The notes under the pieces were generated by a model that did no database searches, had not been told where the DNA came from, and saw only the letters and a program-made list of their open reading frames with translations. From a virus (Duplodnaviria > Heunggongvirae > Uroviricota > Caudoviricetes), in IMG/VR virus record IMGVR_UViG_3300033067_001661, positions 1-64,000 of that record: a stretch of 64,000 nt of DNA; one strand, written 5' to 3'. This document shows positions 31,268 through 42,023 of the stretch, in pieces. Position numbers and translations under genes: made by a program. The first letter of the stretch is position 1; every line of letters begins with the position of its first letter.

Positions 31268-32878
31268 ATGGCTTGGTATAATAACGTTCCGTCCAATCAA
31301 GTGCTTGACAATTGGATCAAGTATAAGTACAACGTCCTCTTTCATGGTCGTCATGGAGTCGGCAAGACTTCTATGATTTTTGACGCTTTCAAGCGCGCAA
31401 ACTGGGAGTTAGGTAGAGACTTCTTGTATTTCTCTGCTGCAACCATCGACCCTTGGGTTGACCTTATCGGCGTCCCTGCAAGAGTAAAGAATGAAGACGG
31501 CGAAGAGGTTTTGAAACTCATTCGCCCAGAAAGCATTCACAACAAGACCATCAAAGCCTTCTTCGTTGACGAGCTTAATCGCTCTCACAAGAAGGTTCGC
31601 AACGCTCTTATGGAACTTATTCAGTTCAAGTCCATTAACGGACTTAAGTTCCCCAATCTTGATATTGTCTGGGCAGCCGTCAATCCTGACGAAGACGACG
31701 TTCTCAAGTTTGACGTTGAAAAGCTCGATCCTGCCCAAGAAGACCGATTCCAAATTCAGGTTCAAATACCTTACGAGCCTAGCGAAAGCTATTTCTCTGA
31801 GAAGTTCAATAATCCAGAAATGGCAGAGGCCGTATGTAAGTGGTGGAAAGGTCTCGCTGATAACGTCAAGCCAACTGTAACTCCAAGAAGACTTGAATAC
31901 GCTATCGACGTATATCGCAATACTGGCGATCTTCGCTATGTCCTGCCCATCGAAGCTAATGCGTCTGTTCTCAAGAATGCAATTGAAACGGGCAATCCTG
32001 AAAAGATGCTTAAGAGACTTATTGCCGCAGGAGAATCTGCTGAGCCTGAAATCCGTAAGTGGCTTGCTATTGAGAACAACCTCAATGCTGTTCAGAACAT
32101 GATTTGTACCGAACGTCAAGTATGCGCCAAGGTTCTCCACCTTCTTTCCGAAGAGCGCCTTGTTTCCTTTGCGACAAAGCATAAGGTTGTTATTGACCAG
32201 CTAAAGGCTGAGCCTAAGAAATACGAAAGAATCATCAGAGACCTTGCCAAGAACTCTACGCAAAAGATGCTCAAGGAAACTTGCGCCAAGCTTATCCCTC
32301 ATCTTGATTCCGCTGATAAGCTTGCTGAAAACATAAGCATCCCAACTAAGTCTCCGTCTGCGCTCACTCTTACAAAGCGAAAGAAAGCTCAAATCTTCGC
32401 TAACTACAGAATCAACAAGAACGAATCCATTTCGCTCGTTGGAAACCCGCCTGCAAACATTGTTCAACAGATTTCTGTTATTGCAACAGAATGTTCATTC
32501 GCTTCTAACTCCATGCAAAGAGCAGATATCCTTCAAAAGCTTGGAGAGGTTGTGTATCCAAGCATGAGCAAGCAAGAGGCGGATATTTGCGTCAGAATGG
32601 TCGAGTCAGTTGCTGGCTACTTGACTGGTGATGAATATATCATCAAGTACCTTCCTGTAATCAATACATGCGTTGCTGCTTGGTCAACCGCCAACAATAC
32701 TGTCTCTACCGAAGCGCTATTCAAGGTTGCTCCATATCTTGTAACAAACATCCTTATCAACGTTGCAGATAATCCGTCGAAGTACAACATTGGCATTCTT
32801 GAAAAGCATGACAATAAGACGCTCATAGACATTCCTGACGAAATAGATAATAAGCAGAGCGTAGAAGCTTTGTTCTAA
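31268..32878 (+). CDS. MoxR/dynein-related AAA+ ATPase (paralog 1)
   Basis: GRHGVGKT, FFVDELNR, AAVNP, DPAQEDRF. Confidence 0.9.
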   Translation: MAWYNNVPSNQVLDNWIKYKYNVLFHGRHGVGKTSMIFDAFKRANWELGRDFLYFSAATIDPWVDLIGVPARVKNEDGEEVLKLIRPESIHNKTIKAFFVDELNRSHKKVRNALMELIQFKSINGLKFPNLDIVWAAVNPDEDDVLKFDVEKLDPAQEDRFQIQVQIPYEPSESYFSEKFNNPEMAEAVCKWWKGLADNVKPTVTPRRLEYAIDVYRNTGDLRYVLPIEANASVLKNAIETGNPEKMLKRLIAAGESAEPEIRKWLAIENNLNAVQNMICTERQVCAKVLHLLSEERLVSFATKHKVVIDQLKAEPKKYERIIRDLAKNSTQKMLKETCAKLIPHLDSADKLAENISIPTKSPSALTLTKRKKAQIFANYRINKNESISLVGNPPANIVQQISVIATECSFASNSMQRADILQKLGEVVYPSMSKQEADICVRMVESVAGYLTGDEYIIKYLPVINTCVAAWSTANNTVSTEALFKVAPYLVTNILINVADNPSKYNIGILEKHDNKTLIDIPDEIDNKQSVEALF

Positions 32879-32887
32879 GGAAACGAC

Positions 32888-34303
32888 ATGCCAGAAGCTA
32901 ATGAACAATCAAAAGACAAAGTAGTAGTAGACTACGCTCCAGGTAATATCTCTGAAGAAGAGAGACGGTCTCTTCTTGGCATGAATATCGAAGACGAGTT
33001 CAATACTATAAGCAGAGAACTTGACAAGTTTCATGCTATATTCTACCAGATCTGGGAGATGGGATATCCAAGACTAACCTTTGATGTCCCAACCGCTGCT
33101 GTTGGTTTTGATAAGAAGGGTCGCAGAATTGAGTTCATGTTCAACCCTATCTTCTGGAAAGAGAGCGATACTTATACAAAAGAGTTCGTTATCTGTCACG
33201 AATGCTTGCATGTCATTCTTAATCACGGCGTAAGAATTAAAGACCTCAAGGGTAAAGAGTTTTGGGCAAGAATTGCAAACTACGCTCTTGACGTTGTTAT
33301 CAATCATATGCTCGTTGATAAGTTCAACTTTGACCGCTACTCGATTCAAGATCAGGACAAATACTGCTGGATAGATACGGTATTCGGAAAAGACCATAAG
33401 CAGGTTGACCGTAACCGAGCATTTGAATACTACTTTGGTCTGCTCAAAGAGAAGATTGTTGAAGACCTTTCAACAATGAAGCTCAAAATTAAGAACGCAG
33501 ACGGGTCTACGTCCGACGTTGGCGGCGAAATGGTTGACGTACACGATTTCCTTGAAGGGCTTGATAATGAATCCCTTCAAAAGGAAATCGAAGAACATAT
33601 CAATAAGAACCTCAACGACTTCGACAAGAAAGACTTCATTGATAAGTTAAGCAAGACTGGCGAAGGCAAAGAGCGGATGAAGGAAAGCAGCAAGCAAGCT
33701 GGTAGCGTTGCTGCTGGTATTACGTTCAAGATGAACCTTTATGAAAAGGTTAAGAAAAAGAAGAAATGGGAGACGGTTATCAAGAAATGGTCCATGAAGT
33801 TCATGAAGAATGAACAGGGTATTGAACAATGGGCCAAAGTAAATAGAAGAATCAGCGATTTGCAAACTAATCTTTTGCTGCCAAGCGAAATTGACGAGCA
33901 GCATATGACTCAGGACCGCATTCAAGTCTGGTTTTTCTTAGACGTTTCTGGTTCTTGCGTGCATCTTAAGGACCGCTTCTTTAGAGCGGTTCGTAGTTTA
34001 CCTGAAGACCGTTTCATGGTCAAGCTTTTCTCGTTTGACCATGAAGTTTACGATGTTGATATCAAAAAGGGCGAAGTTTACGGCGGCGGCGGAACCTCTT
34101 TCTCAATTCTTGAGAATCGCATACAGTCCGATATCAAGAAAGAGGGGTTAAAATACCCAGAAGCCGTCTTCGTTATGACTGACGGTTATGGGGACAAAGT
34201 ATTTCCCCAGTTTCCCAAAAAGTGGTATTGGTTCCTAAGCGATAACTACAGATACTGCATTCCGCAAGAATCCAATATTTACAGTCTAAAAGACTATGAG
34301 TAG
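32888..34303 (+). CDS. HExxH metallopeptidase-like plus VWA-like protein (DUF2201 type)
   Basis: HECLH, ANYALDVVIN, LDVSGS, GGGTSF, TDGYG. Confidence 0.88.
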   Translation: MPEANEQSKDKVVVDYAPGNISEEERRSLLGMNIEDEFNTISRELDKFHAIFYQIWEMGYPRLTFDVPTAAVGFDKKGRRIEFMFNPIFWKESDTYTKEFVICHECLHVILNHGVRIKDLKGKEFWARIANYALDVVINHMLVDKFNFDRYSIQDQDKYCWIDTVFGKDHKQVDRNRAFEYYFGLLKEKIVEDLSTMKLKIKNADGSTSDVGGEMVDVHDFLEGLDNESLQKEIEEHINKNLNDFDKKDFIDKLSKTGEGKERMKESSKQAGSVAAGITFKMNLYEKVKKKKKWETVIKKWSMKFMKNEQGIEQWAKVNRRISDLQTNLLLPSEIDEQHMTQDRIQVWFFLDVSGSCVHLKDRFFRAVRSLPEDRFMVKLFSFDHEVYDVDIKKGEVYGGGGTSFSILENRIQSDIKKEGLKYPEAVFVMTDGYGDKVFPQFPKKWYWFLSDNYRYCIPQESNIYSLKDYE

Positions 34304-34369
34304 ACAAAGGAACAAAGACTAAAACTTGCGAAGTTAACTCATACCTATTATTTTGGAGTGAGTTAACTA

Positions 34370-34993
34370 ATGCCAACGAGTGACAAATTTATACAAAGTA
34401 TGGTCGAGCTTCTTGATAAGCTGATTGAAAATCAGTCCAAGAATGCTTCGTTACTAAGTGAAATAAAGTTCTCTCTAGCTGAGCTTAGAGAAGAGCAAGA
34501 TTCTATTTTAACAAATCTTAGAGAGAAGCTTCCTGATCAAATCATTAGAGAACAGGAAGAATACTACAATAAGCTTTCGATAGTTATATCAAAAATAGAA
34601 ACTGCAAACTCAAGACTTGCCGACAATATAAGAACGTTCGAGCAAGACAACGTTTTTGTCAAATCCAATATAGATAAAAACTCAAAAACTCTTGAAGAGT
34701 ATGCTTTGCTATTGAAAGAAATGAAAGAAACTCTCAAAGAGAAAGACTCCAATAAAAAAGAAATTGAAGACACCCTTAAAGAGGTAAGGGGCTTTGTGGA
34801 GTTTATGAAAAATAAGAAAGCTTGGGCCACAATTATTGTTGCGGCTATAACCGCTTTGGGAACAATGATTGCCGCAGTATTTACAGGTGTTGATAGTATC
34901 AACAAGAACATTGATAGCAAAAAGCAAGCCATCATTCAATCAATGCCGTCGAATCAACCAGCAACACCGCCGCAAAATCCGACTAATCCATAA
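34370..34993 (+). CDS. coiled-coil protein with C-terminal transmembrane helix
   Basis: Heptad-rich; AWATIIVAAITALGTMIAAVF. Confidence 0.75.
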   Translation: MPTSDKFIQSMVELLDKLIENQSKNASLLSEIKFSLAELREEQDSILTNLREKLPDQIIREQEEYYNKLSIVISKIETANSRLADNIRTFEQDNVFVKSNIDKNSKTLEEYALLLKEMKETLKEKDSNKKEIEDTLKEVRGFVEFMKNKKAWATIIVAAITALGTMIAAVFTGVDSINKNIDSKKQAIIQSMPSNQPATPPQNPTNP

Positions 34994-35004
34994 AGAGGTA
35001 AAAC

Positions 35005-35481
35005 ATGCCACCCAAAAAACACTGCACCTGTCAAAAACTCGCAGGTTCAAAAACGACAATTCTCGTTATTGAACAAGAAAGGCAAATAAGCTCAAAGCTT
35101 AACAAACTACTAAGAAACTCAAATCTAAGTTCTTCAATAAAGCTACATAACAGTAGAGGGCTGAACAGCATTAAGTGTCATGACATCTATGTTATTGAAA
35201 ATCAATACTCCTCAATTGAAGAAAAAATACGATTAGTTAAGAAAATATACAAGTCTAATCCAAAAGCTTGCGTATTTCTTCTAAATGAAACCGATGAAAC
35301 CAAAGCTGCCATTTCTAACGAAATTCAGTCATATATCGACCCCATAAAGCTTGGGGTCGTTTTTGAATCAACTATTTCCAAAAATGACGAAGAGTTAAGT
35401 AGTGTAATTGAGTATGTATCTTCAATAGAGAGTACAAAAAAGAAGCTTATATGCTTGTGGCAAAAGCTAGAAACTGCATAA
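35005..35481 (+). CDS. degenerate receiver-domain-like protein
   Basis: TILVIEQE...HDIYVIE; loosely like 26864-27319. Confidence 0.5.
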   Translation: MPPKKHCTCQKLAGSKTTILVIEQERQISSKLNKLLRNSNLSSSIKLHNSRGLNSIKCHDIYVIENQYSSIEEKIRLVKKIYKSNPKACVFLLNETDETKAAISNEIQSYIDPIKLGVVFESTISKNDEELSSVIEYVSSIESTKKKLICLWQKLETA

Positions 35482-35502
35482 TGCCTCCCTGGAAACGAAG
35501 AA

Positions 35503-36954
35503 ATGACTATCCTTGTTAGAACTGAACCATTAGACCCCAAGATGCAGCTTGTGCTTTTTATCAAGCCATTTAATGATAATCACCCCATAAACATTCATCC
35601 AAATGTTACGATTCTTGCAAGGGTAAGACCGGACGCTGTTAATCTTGATAAACCGGCAGGCTTTTCAAACTATCCAGTAAACAATCTTGTTTATTACAGC
35701 AATCAAAACGCAATCAACCTTGGCAAAAGATGGGCTGATTGGTTTCAATATCAGGGGCTTATTAAGGGTTTGGGAAGCGCTTATAACGGGCTATATGGCG
35801 GCGGAGTTTTTGCTCAAAACTGGGGAACCACAACAGGCAATTGGAGTCCCAAGGCTCTTATGTACAATCCGGCTGATAGAGTTGGCGGATTTGATGTTGG
35901 ATTCCATGCAAACTCTATTTTGCGAAATCAAGGCACATTACCAGACGGATCTTTGACCTTGGGTGATTTTATCAAAGTCGCTTTTCAATCAATGAAGACC
36001 GAATGCGATAACAGGAATTTATGCTATCCCCTTTACATATGTTGGGATTGGGAACAACAAAGAAGTGCGGCTGGCCTTGTTGGAACACAACCTTCTGGCG
36101 CAGGTTCTGCACCTTGGCTTGCAGCTATGGCTAGTTCAAAATTCTCAACTGAAATAGTTTATGAAGAATGGGACGGAGCAACTTGGACTGGCAAAACAAT
36201 GGCAAACGCTTGGGAAGCAGCAGGCTTTCCAAGTCATGATCCAAACGTATACTGGTTTCAAGGCAATAATAGAAATTGGTGTTCAAGAATGCAACCATTC
36301 TATGAAATGATGAATGACCATGCCTTATCAAAAGCTCTTTATGAACCGGCTAAAGAAGTTTTTCCAAATATGATATGCGGAAATTATGGAGTTAAGTTTG
36401 GCCTATCCTCCACTCAAAGCAATCAAACATGGTCATATCAAGACAACTGGTGGAGATATCCAAAATCAGACTTTCCAAAAAACAGATACTTCAAGGGTGA
36501 TTATTCAAGTCCAGTATGCTATTGTCCTAACTTAACATCAAATGCACCTTCTAGATATAACCCTCAATATAACGTCCAATATCCTGCTCCTGAGTTTTCA
36601 GGTCATATTTTCGGAACTACTAATAGAGATGTTTATAGAAACTTCATAACTCAAATAGTTAGAGCAACTACCGTAAATGATAATCCTATTCAAACAATGC
36701 CTTGGATAGAACCCCCGCTTGAAGGTGCTGCGGCAGAACTTTTTCCAATTCACGTTCCAGATAAAAGCGATATACTCCATATTATGCAACAACATTATCT
36801 ATTAGGTGTTAAGGCTTGGAATGTTTTCAATCCTTCTCATGGTACATCAACGGTTGGTCAATCAAGATGCGACCTTTTCCTTGAAACCATAAATGATTTC
36901 AATAAATGGATGCAATCGCAAACAAAGACAGCAAGAGTAAGGATAACGAGTTAA
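35503..36954 (+). CDS. hypothetical Trp/Asn-rich protein, possible glycoside-hydrolase-like virion protein
   Basis: 483-aa ORF; WDWEQ, GNYG, PWIE motifs. Confidence 0.65.
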   Translation: MTILVRTEPLDPKMQLVLFIKPFNDNHPINIHPNVTILARVRPDAVNLDKPAGFSNYPVNNLVYYSNQNAINLGKRWADWFQYQGLIKGLGSAYNGLYGGGVFAQNWGTTTGNWSPKALMYNPADRVGGFDVGFHANSILRNQGTLPDGSLTLGDFIKVAFQSMKTECDNRNLCYPLYICWDWEQQRSAAGLVGTQPSGAGSAPWLAAMASSKFSTEIVYEEWDGATWTGKTMANAWEAAGFPSHDPNVYWFQGNNRNWCSRMQPFYEMMNDHALSKALYEPAKEVFPNMICGNYGVKFGLSSTQSNQTWSYQDNWWRYPKSDFPKNRYFKGDYSSPVCYCPNLTSNAPSRYNPQYNVQYPAPEFSGHIFGTTNRDVYRNFITQIVRATTVNDNPIQTMPWIEPPLEGAAAELFPIHVPDKSDILHIMQQHYLLGVKAWNVFNPSHGTSTVGQSRCDLFLETINDFNKWMQSQTKTARVRITS

Positions 36955-36955
36955 T

Positions 36956-38269
36956 ATGCCAAACCTACCAATAACAAGATATCTTTCTTACCGAAAAAGG
37001 CCTTTGTACGCCATACAGGTTCACAATGGCAATGCGTCTGACGGTAACGAGCTAGTTTCTCAATGGGGCTGGGATAATGCTTCTCCTGTTTCTGATAAAA
37101 CAGCCTTAGAAACACTTATAGCAAACCTTGATATGGCTTATAATATTGGATATAGAGATTTCATATTTCATATGCCCGCAGGACAAAGCCCAGAAAACAC
37201 TTTTTACTATGGCGGAAGTCATTGGTATACAATACCAGAATCAAGAAGGCAAGTTCTAAGCGAATCTCTAAAAGAATGGATTGGTTCCAAAAAAGCAGAC
37301 AACCCAGAAAACGGTTTCACTTTTGGTATCTATATAAGTATTCCCGCTAGAGACGATTACGATCTAACACAACTATCTCTTGAGCCTTTAGATAAAATAC
37401 ATTTACCTGAACCTGATAAAGATAGCGGAGATAAATCTTGGGTTGACGGTCAAGTTGAGGGTTGGCTTGAAATTGGAATTAATAGAGTCTGGTTTGATGC
37501 TGCCTCTTCATTAGATGCTCAACCTCATTTTGAAGGTAGAAATATAGACGTTTTGTTTGACGGCGCTCTGATTCAGAAAGAATACCTTGAAAGAATACAT
37601 AATCTTCATACTGGCGGAGAAGCCCTTGTAACTGATGGCACAAACAATTGGGCAATTGATGAAAAATACAGTTCTGCAATGCCTTGGATGGCTGTTAGTG
37701 ATTGGATTGACATTTATGACAGACTAACTTCAACAAGTTTATCATTCAATTTTGATTACAACTCAACAACTAGAATTTGTACTATTACAACACCGTCTTT
37801 TTCTCTTAGCACTCAAGGATATACAAGTTTTGTATCAGGAGATACAGTTAAGGTTGGCTATCATCCGTCTATGCCATCAGGTAGATATCTTATAGAGGAA
37901 AGAACAAGCAATACCTCTTTCAAACTATCAACCGCATCTGTTATTGAAGGCTTATCAGCGGTATTGCCAGTATCTAATACAACAGGTCTAACTGGTGGAA
38001 CTTTCTATAGGCCAGGAATTCTTAGTTCAACATGGACGGTTCCCGGGCAGACAGATGAATTATGTCTTTTGTTTAGACCCGAATCTGGATATAGCACAAG
38101 CGCTATTACTGGATTTTTACAAAAGGGATTGCGTATTGGTGCTTGGACATTCTTACAAACGCTACCAAATACAAGTACAGAACAAGCCGCTCAAAACATT
38201 TACGATACATATATGACATGGATAAGATCTAATGCTGTAACAACTAGGATAATTAGAAGACAGCATTGA
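36956..38269 (+). CDS. hypothetical protein, possible virion carbohydrate-active domain
   Basis: 437-aa ORF; HMPAG, VWFDAAS, GGEA. Confidence 0.65.
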   Translation: MPNLPITRYLSYRKRPLYAIQVHNGNASDGNELVSQWGWDNASPVSDKTALETLIANLDMAYNIGYRDFIFHMPAGQSPENTFYYGGSHWYTIPESRRQVLSESLKEWIGSKKADNPENGFTFGIYISIPARDDYDLTQLSLEPLDKIHLPEPDKDSGDKSWVDGQVEGWLEIGINRVWFDAASSLDAQPHFEGRNIDVLFDGALIQKEYLERIHNLHTGGEALVTDGTNNWAIDEKYSSAMPWMAVSDWIDIYDRLTSTSLSFNFDYNSTTRICTITTPSFSLSTQGYTSFVSGDTVKVGYHPSMPSGRYLIEERTSNTSFKLSTASVIEGLSAVLPVSNTTGLTGGTFYRPGILSSTWTVPGQTDELCLLFRPESGYSTSAITGFLQKGLRIGAWTFLQTLPNTSTEQAAQNIYDTYMTWIRSNAVTTRIIRRQH

Positions 38270-38279
38270 AAGGAAAGCT

Positions 38280-38903
38280 ATGATATTACTCAAAAACACC
38301 GCAAGCCAAGTTGTTTACTCAAAACTCATTGACACTCTAACAGGAGAACCTGTTGTTGGAGTCGCTTCTGGATCATTAAGCGCTTATATATCCAAAGACG
38401 GAGGCGCAGAAGCAACTGTTTCTAACTCCATAACAGGGGTTGGTCATGGCATTTACAAACTTACACTAACTCAATCTGAAACAAACTGCAATACCGCTGT
38501 TGTTAATTTTGTTCATACTTCCAATGCTCAATATCAATTTGAAACTCTTTACTTTCAAACAACTGAAGCAAATCCAAGCGTAAATGTCTTGCAAAACAAT
38601 GATAAGACAGGCTATTTCCTTGACAATGCTCAAACTTTCACCACTTCAGGTAGCGTAGGTAGTGTCGCTGACGCAACCTCAATAAACTCTCTAATTAGAA
38701 ACTCAACTTATGACGGAGTAACTCAAGAAAAGATCTTTGAAATGATACTTTCTTTCATGGCTGGTAAAGTTGTTGTTACGATTGTTGATCCAAATACAAG
38801 ACTTATATCTTACAAGAAAAGAGACGGAACAACAGAAAGATTCAGCGTTACTGTATCGACCGCTGACGGTTCTAGAGCAAGTGGTGGTACTATTGCCCCA
38901 TAA
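38280..38903 (+). CDS. probable virion structural protein
   Basis: AYISKDGGA...GIYKLTLTQSETN; NNDKTGY. Confidence 0.65.
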   Translation: MILLKNTASQVVYSKLIDTLTGEPVVGVASGSLSAYISKDGGAEATVSNSITGVGHGIYKLTLTQSETNCNTAVVNFVHTSNAQYQFETLYFQTTEANPSVNVLQNNDKTGYFLDNAQTFTTSGSVGSVADATSINSLIRNSTYDGVTQEKIFEMILSFMAGKVVVTIVDPNTRLISYKKRDGTTERFSVTVSTADGSRASGGTIAP

Positions 38904-39013
38904 GGAGAAGAAATGCTCTGTAAACTACCAAAGTTTGCTATACCTGTTCGAAGCTTACCAGAGGACGGAACCCAAGTATCTTCGAATACAACAGATAATA
39001 GCGGAGTTGAAGC

Positions 39014-39523
39014 ATGCAATATTCGATCCCGTCGTTTAGTATACCCCTTTTCGCCTTACCCTCGTTCAGTTTACCAGAAACACCAGGCGAGAGTCCAAGT
39101 TTACAAAACGAAACCATAATAGACTTTGAGTTTTACATTTATGGTATTAGCTCAGCCATAACTCCAGAGTTATACAAATATCTCTCGGACCAATATGGCT
39201 TCGCTTATCATGACGCTAGATACTCTCTAAACAACATTCATGATGCTGTTACTCATATCGCTCAACTCAACAATCCTGACGCAAAGATAGACTTACTAAA
39301 GCCGCTAAGAGGCACACAAAAAGACTTCAATCAAAACAAGATTATAGCAAACCTGTATCCTGCTGTTCAGAAACTAAACAAACACATTCTAGATAGAACT
39401 GGCAAAACAAACCTTAACGATTGGCTTTCAGAAAATGAAGTTAAAGTCTTACGCGATTGGGCTACGCTTTGCGAAGAGACTGGCATAACAATAGACGAAG
39501 AGAACATAGTCGTTGAAGGCTAA
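39014..39523 (+). CDS. hypothetical protein
   Basis: 169-aa ORF; start uncertain because it overlaps 38913-39119. Confidence 0.55.
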   Translation: MQYSIPSFSIPLFALPSFSLPETPGESPSLQNETIIDFEFYIYGISSAITPELYKYLSDQYGFAYHDARYSLNNIHDAVTHIAQLNNPDAKIDLLKPLRGTQKDFNQNKIIANLYPAVQKLNKHILDRTGKTNLNDWLSENEVKVLRDWATLCEETGITIDEENIVVEG

Positions 39524-39798
39524 ACAAACTTTTCTTCTCCGTTTTCAAATAAATGAAGAACTTGACGGCCATTGGTTGACAGATAATACCTGTCAATAAC
39601 TATCTGACCGTCATGCACTTTTCTGTGACATTTACAACATAGACAAGTGCTGTTTTCTCTTGTGTAACGACCGCCCTCAGCGCCTGGGATTATCCGATGA
39701 ACATCTAGCACCGCCGGGTCTGTTTCTCCGCAAATACGGCAAGAACCCTCGGCGAGTTTGTAAACATGCTTATCAACAAGCTGTTTTTTTCTTGGCAT
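39520..39798 (-). CDS. small HNH endonuclease
   Basis: CRICG...VHRII...GGRY...N...LCCKCHRKVH. Confidence 0.85.
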   Translation of the reverse strand: MPRKKQLVDKHVYKLAEGSCRICGETDPAVLDVHRIIPGAEGGRYTRENSTCLCCKCHRKVHDGQIVIDRYYLSTNGRQVLHLFENGEEKFV

Positions 39799-39816
39799 GA
39801 AAGGATATCGACAAAG

Positions 39817-40446
39817 ATGAAACTAAAGATTTACCTTGACCTTGACGGAGTTCTTTACGATTGGATGGGTTCTGCTCTTCAAGTTTTCAAAGTTGACGCA
39901 AAATCCCCTGAAAACAGACGCATTCTTAAGACTTACCATGATGGACTTGAAATGATCAAGTCGAAGCAGGAGGTCTTTGAAACTGTTGAATCTCTTGGCG
40001 CTGCTTATTGGGAAAATCTCAAACTTTTCCCTTGGGCAAATGCTTTGTATGAAGCTCTTACCGAACTTGGAGAAGTAATAATCCTTACCTCGCCTGGCTC
40101 CTGGACTTACGCAGGAAGAGGCAAGCTTCTCGCTCTCAAGAGAGACTTTGAAATCAAGAACTTCATTCTAGCAAAGAAAAAAGAAGTCTGCGCCGCTCCT
40201 GATTGCATCTTAATCGACGACAAGAAGAAGAATGTTGCTCGCTTTAGAGAAGCTGGCGGCTGGTCTCACTTATGGCCTAATCAGTTCCATATAGAAGACG
40301 GGCAGCCTCCTGCCGCAACAGCTATTGCTGACTGTTTGGAATATGTAAGAGCCGTAAGACATAAGGTTGTAGACCGTCGCATTCCTGCCCTCATGGACAT
40401 GCTCGCTTACGACAACCAAAGAGAACAAGACCTAACCGAAAGGTGA
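39817..40446 (+). CDS. HAD-family 5'(3')-deoxyribonucleotidase-like protein
   Basis: YLDLDGVL, ILTSP, LIDD. Confidence 0.85.
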   Translation: MKLKIYLDLDGVLYDWMGSALQVFKVDAKSPENRRILKTYHDGLEMIKSKQEVFETVESLGAAYWENLKLFPWANALYEALTELGEVIILTSPGSWTYAGRGKLLALKRDFEIKNFILAKKKEVCAAPDCILIDDKKKNVARFREAGGWSHLWPNQFHIEDGQPPAATAIADCLEYVRAVRHKVVDRRIPALMDMLAYDNQREQDLTER

Positions 40447-40486
40447 AAGTCTAAATAAGCTGCTGAAACTGGCCGAAGGACGTAGC

Positions 40487-42013
40487 ATGAAGATATATCA
40501 ATGCTTTCCAAACGATCAAACCCTTGATTTTTGGGTTAAAAACAACTTGAACGTACTGTTCTTTGGTCGTCATGGAGTTGGTAAAACCTCCATGATTCTT
40601 GAATCATTTGAACGAAACAACATTCGCTATAAACAGTTTTCGGCAGCAACAATGGACCCTTGGGTTGACTTTATTGGCGTTCCCAAGGAAATGAAAGACG
40701 ATAAGGGTTCCTATCTGGAACTCATAAGACCAAAAGATTTCAGGGACGACGAAGTTGAAGCAATCTTCTTTGACGAGCTTAACCGTTCTCACAAGAAGGT
40801 TCGCAACGCCGTCATGGAACTCATACAATTCAAGTCAATCAACGGTAAAAAGTATCCAAACCTCAAAATGATTTGGGGAGCAGTTAATCCTGAAGAGGAT
40901 GATAGTGTCAAGTATGATGTTGAAAAGCTTGACCCTGCTCAACAAGACCGATTTCATATTCAAATAGAGATTCCATACAAACCATACATGCCTTACTTTG
41001 TTGAAAAGTTTGGCAAAGAAAAGGCGCAAGCGGCTGTTGATTGGTGGAACCAATTGCCTGGAGAAATCAAGCTCGAAGTCTCTCCAAGAAGGCTTGAATA
41101 TGCAATTAAAATAGGCGAACTTGGTGGCAACCTCATCCATGTTCTACCTCCATATTCAAATGTTGAGAAGCTTGCTCATGCGCTAAAGCATGGTTCGCCT
41201 CTAAGAGACTACAGAGCGCTCATCAAAGAAGGTAATGAAGCCAAGATAGCAACATGGTTGTCAGAAGAAAATAACTACGACGCAGTTAGAGACGAAATCA
41301 TCAAGAATCCTGAACCTGTTCTCCATCTTGTAGGAGAAGAGAAAGCTATATCGTTGGCTTCTATTAGCAAGTCTTGTTCTGAACACCTATTCAATAACTA
41401 CGACAAGTTTAAAGAAACCATCAAATCAATCGCTGAACATTCAGGTAACAAAGCTTTGAAGAAAGCAGCCATATCCGTTCTACAAGCTAACACGGGACAA
41501 TCAAACCCCATTCAACTTCTTAAGCTGAATATGCCAAATGTTCCAGCGACCGTTCGAAATCAACAATCGAGCGTTGCTACGAGTTACATCTGGAATAATA
41601 ACTGCAAAATTGGCTATAGTAAAGCTTCTAAGAAGATTCCTCACGGATATGAGCTAACTATTTCTGGTTGCGTAAATGCTGCAATGAATTGCGGCAATCA
41701 AACCTATGAAAGAATAAGAATCTGCAAGTCCCTCATAAGGATTCTTACTCTTAAATCTCCAACGGCTCTTACGAAAGAAGACGCATTGATTTGTTTGCAG
41801 CTTTTTGAATGGTTCTCAAGTAAGACTCAAGAAACAACCATTAAAAACATAGACGACATAGAAGTTGCAATCAACAACTGCGTACAAGCTCTCCGAGCTA
41901 ATAATGAGTTTGAGAAGGTGTCGGACTTCGCAACTAAGTTCCCCTTCATATCTGGTAAAATAATGGCGTCTAGTACAGGTGATTACCGTTCTAGATGTCT
42001 GGTCCCAAACTAA
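40487..42013 (+). CDS. MoxR/dynein-related AAA+ ATPase (paralog 2)
   Basis: GRHGVGKT, FFDELNRSHKKVRNA; N-terminal half very similar to 31268-32878. Confidence 0.9.
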   Translation: MKIYQCFPNDQTLDFWVKNNLNVLFFGRHGVGKTSMILESFERNNIRYKQFSAATMDPWVDFIGVPKEMKDDKGSYLELIRPKDFRDDEVEAIFFDELNRSHKKVRNAVMELIQFKSINGKKYPNLKMIWGAVNPEEDDSVKYDVEKLDPAQQDRFHIQIEIPYKPYMPYFVEKFGKEKAQAAVDWWNQLPGEIKLEVSPRRLEYAIKIGELGGNLIHVLPPYSNVEKLAHALKHGSPLRDYRALIKEGNEAKIATWLSEENNYDAVRDEIIKNPEPVLHLVGEEKAISLASISKSCSEHLFNNYDKFKETIKSIAEHSGNKALKKAAISVLQANTGQSNPIQLLKLNMPNVPATVRNQQSSVATSYIWNNNCKIGYSKASKKIPHGYELTISGCVNAAMNCGNQTYERIRICKSLIRILTLKSPTALTKEDALICLQLFEWFSSKTQETTIKNIDDIEVAINNCVQALRANNEFEKVSDFATKFPFISGKIMASSTGDYRSRCLVPN

Positions 42014-42023
42014 GGAAAAACAA

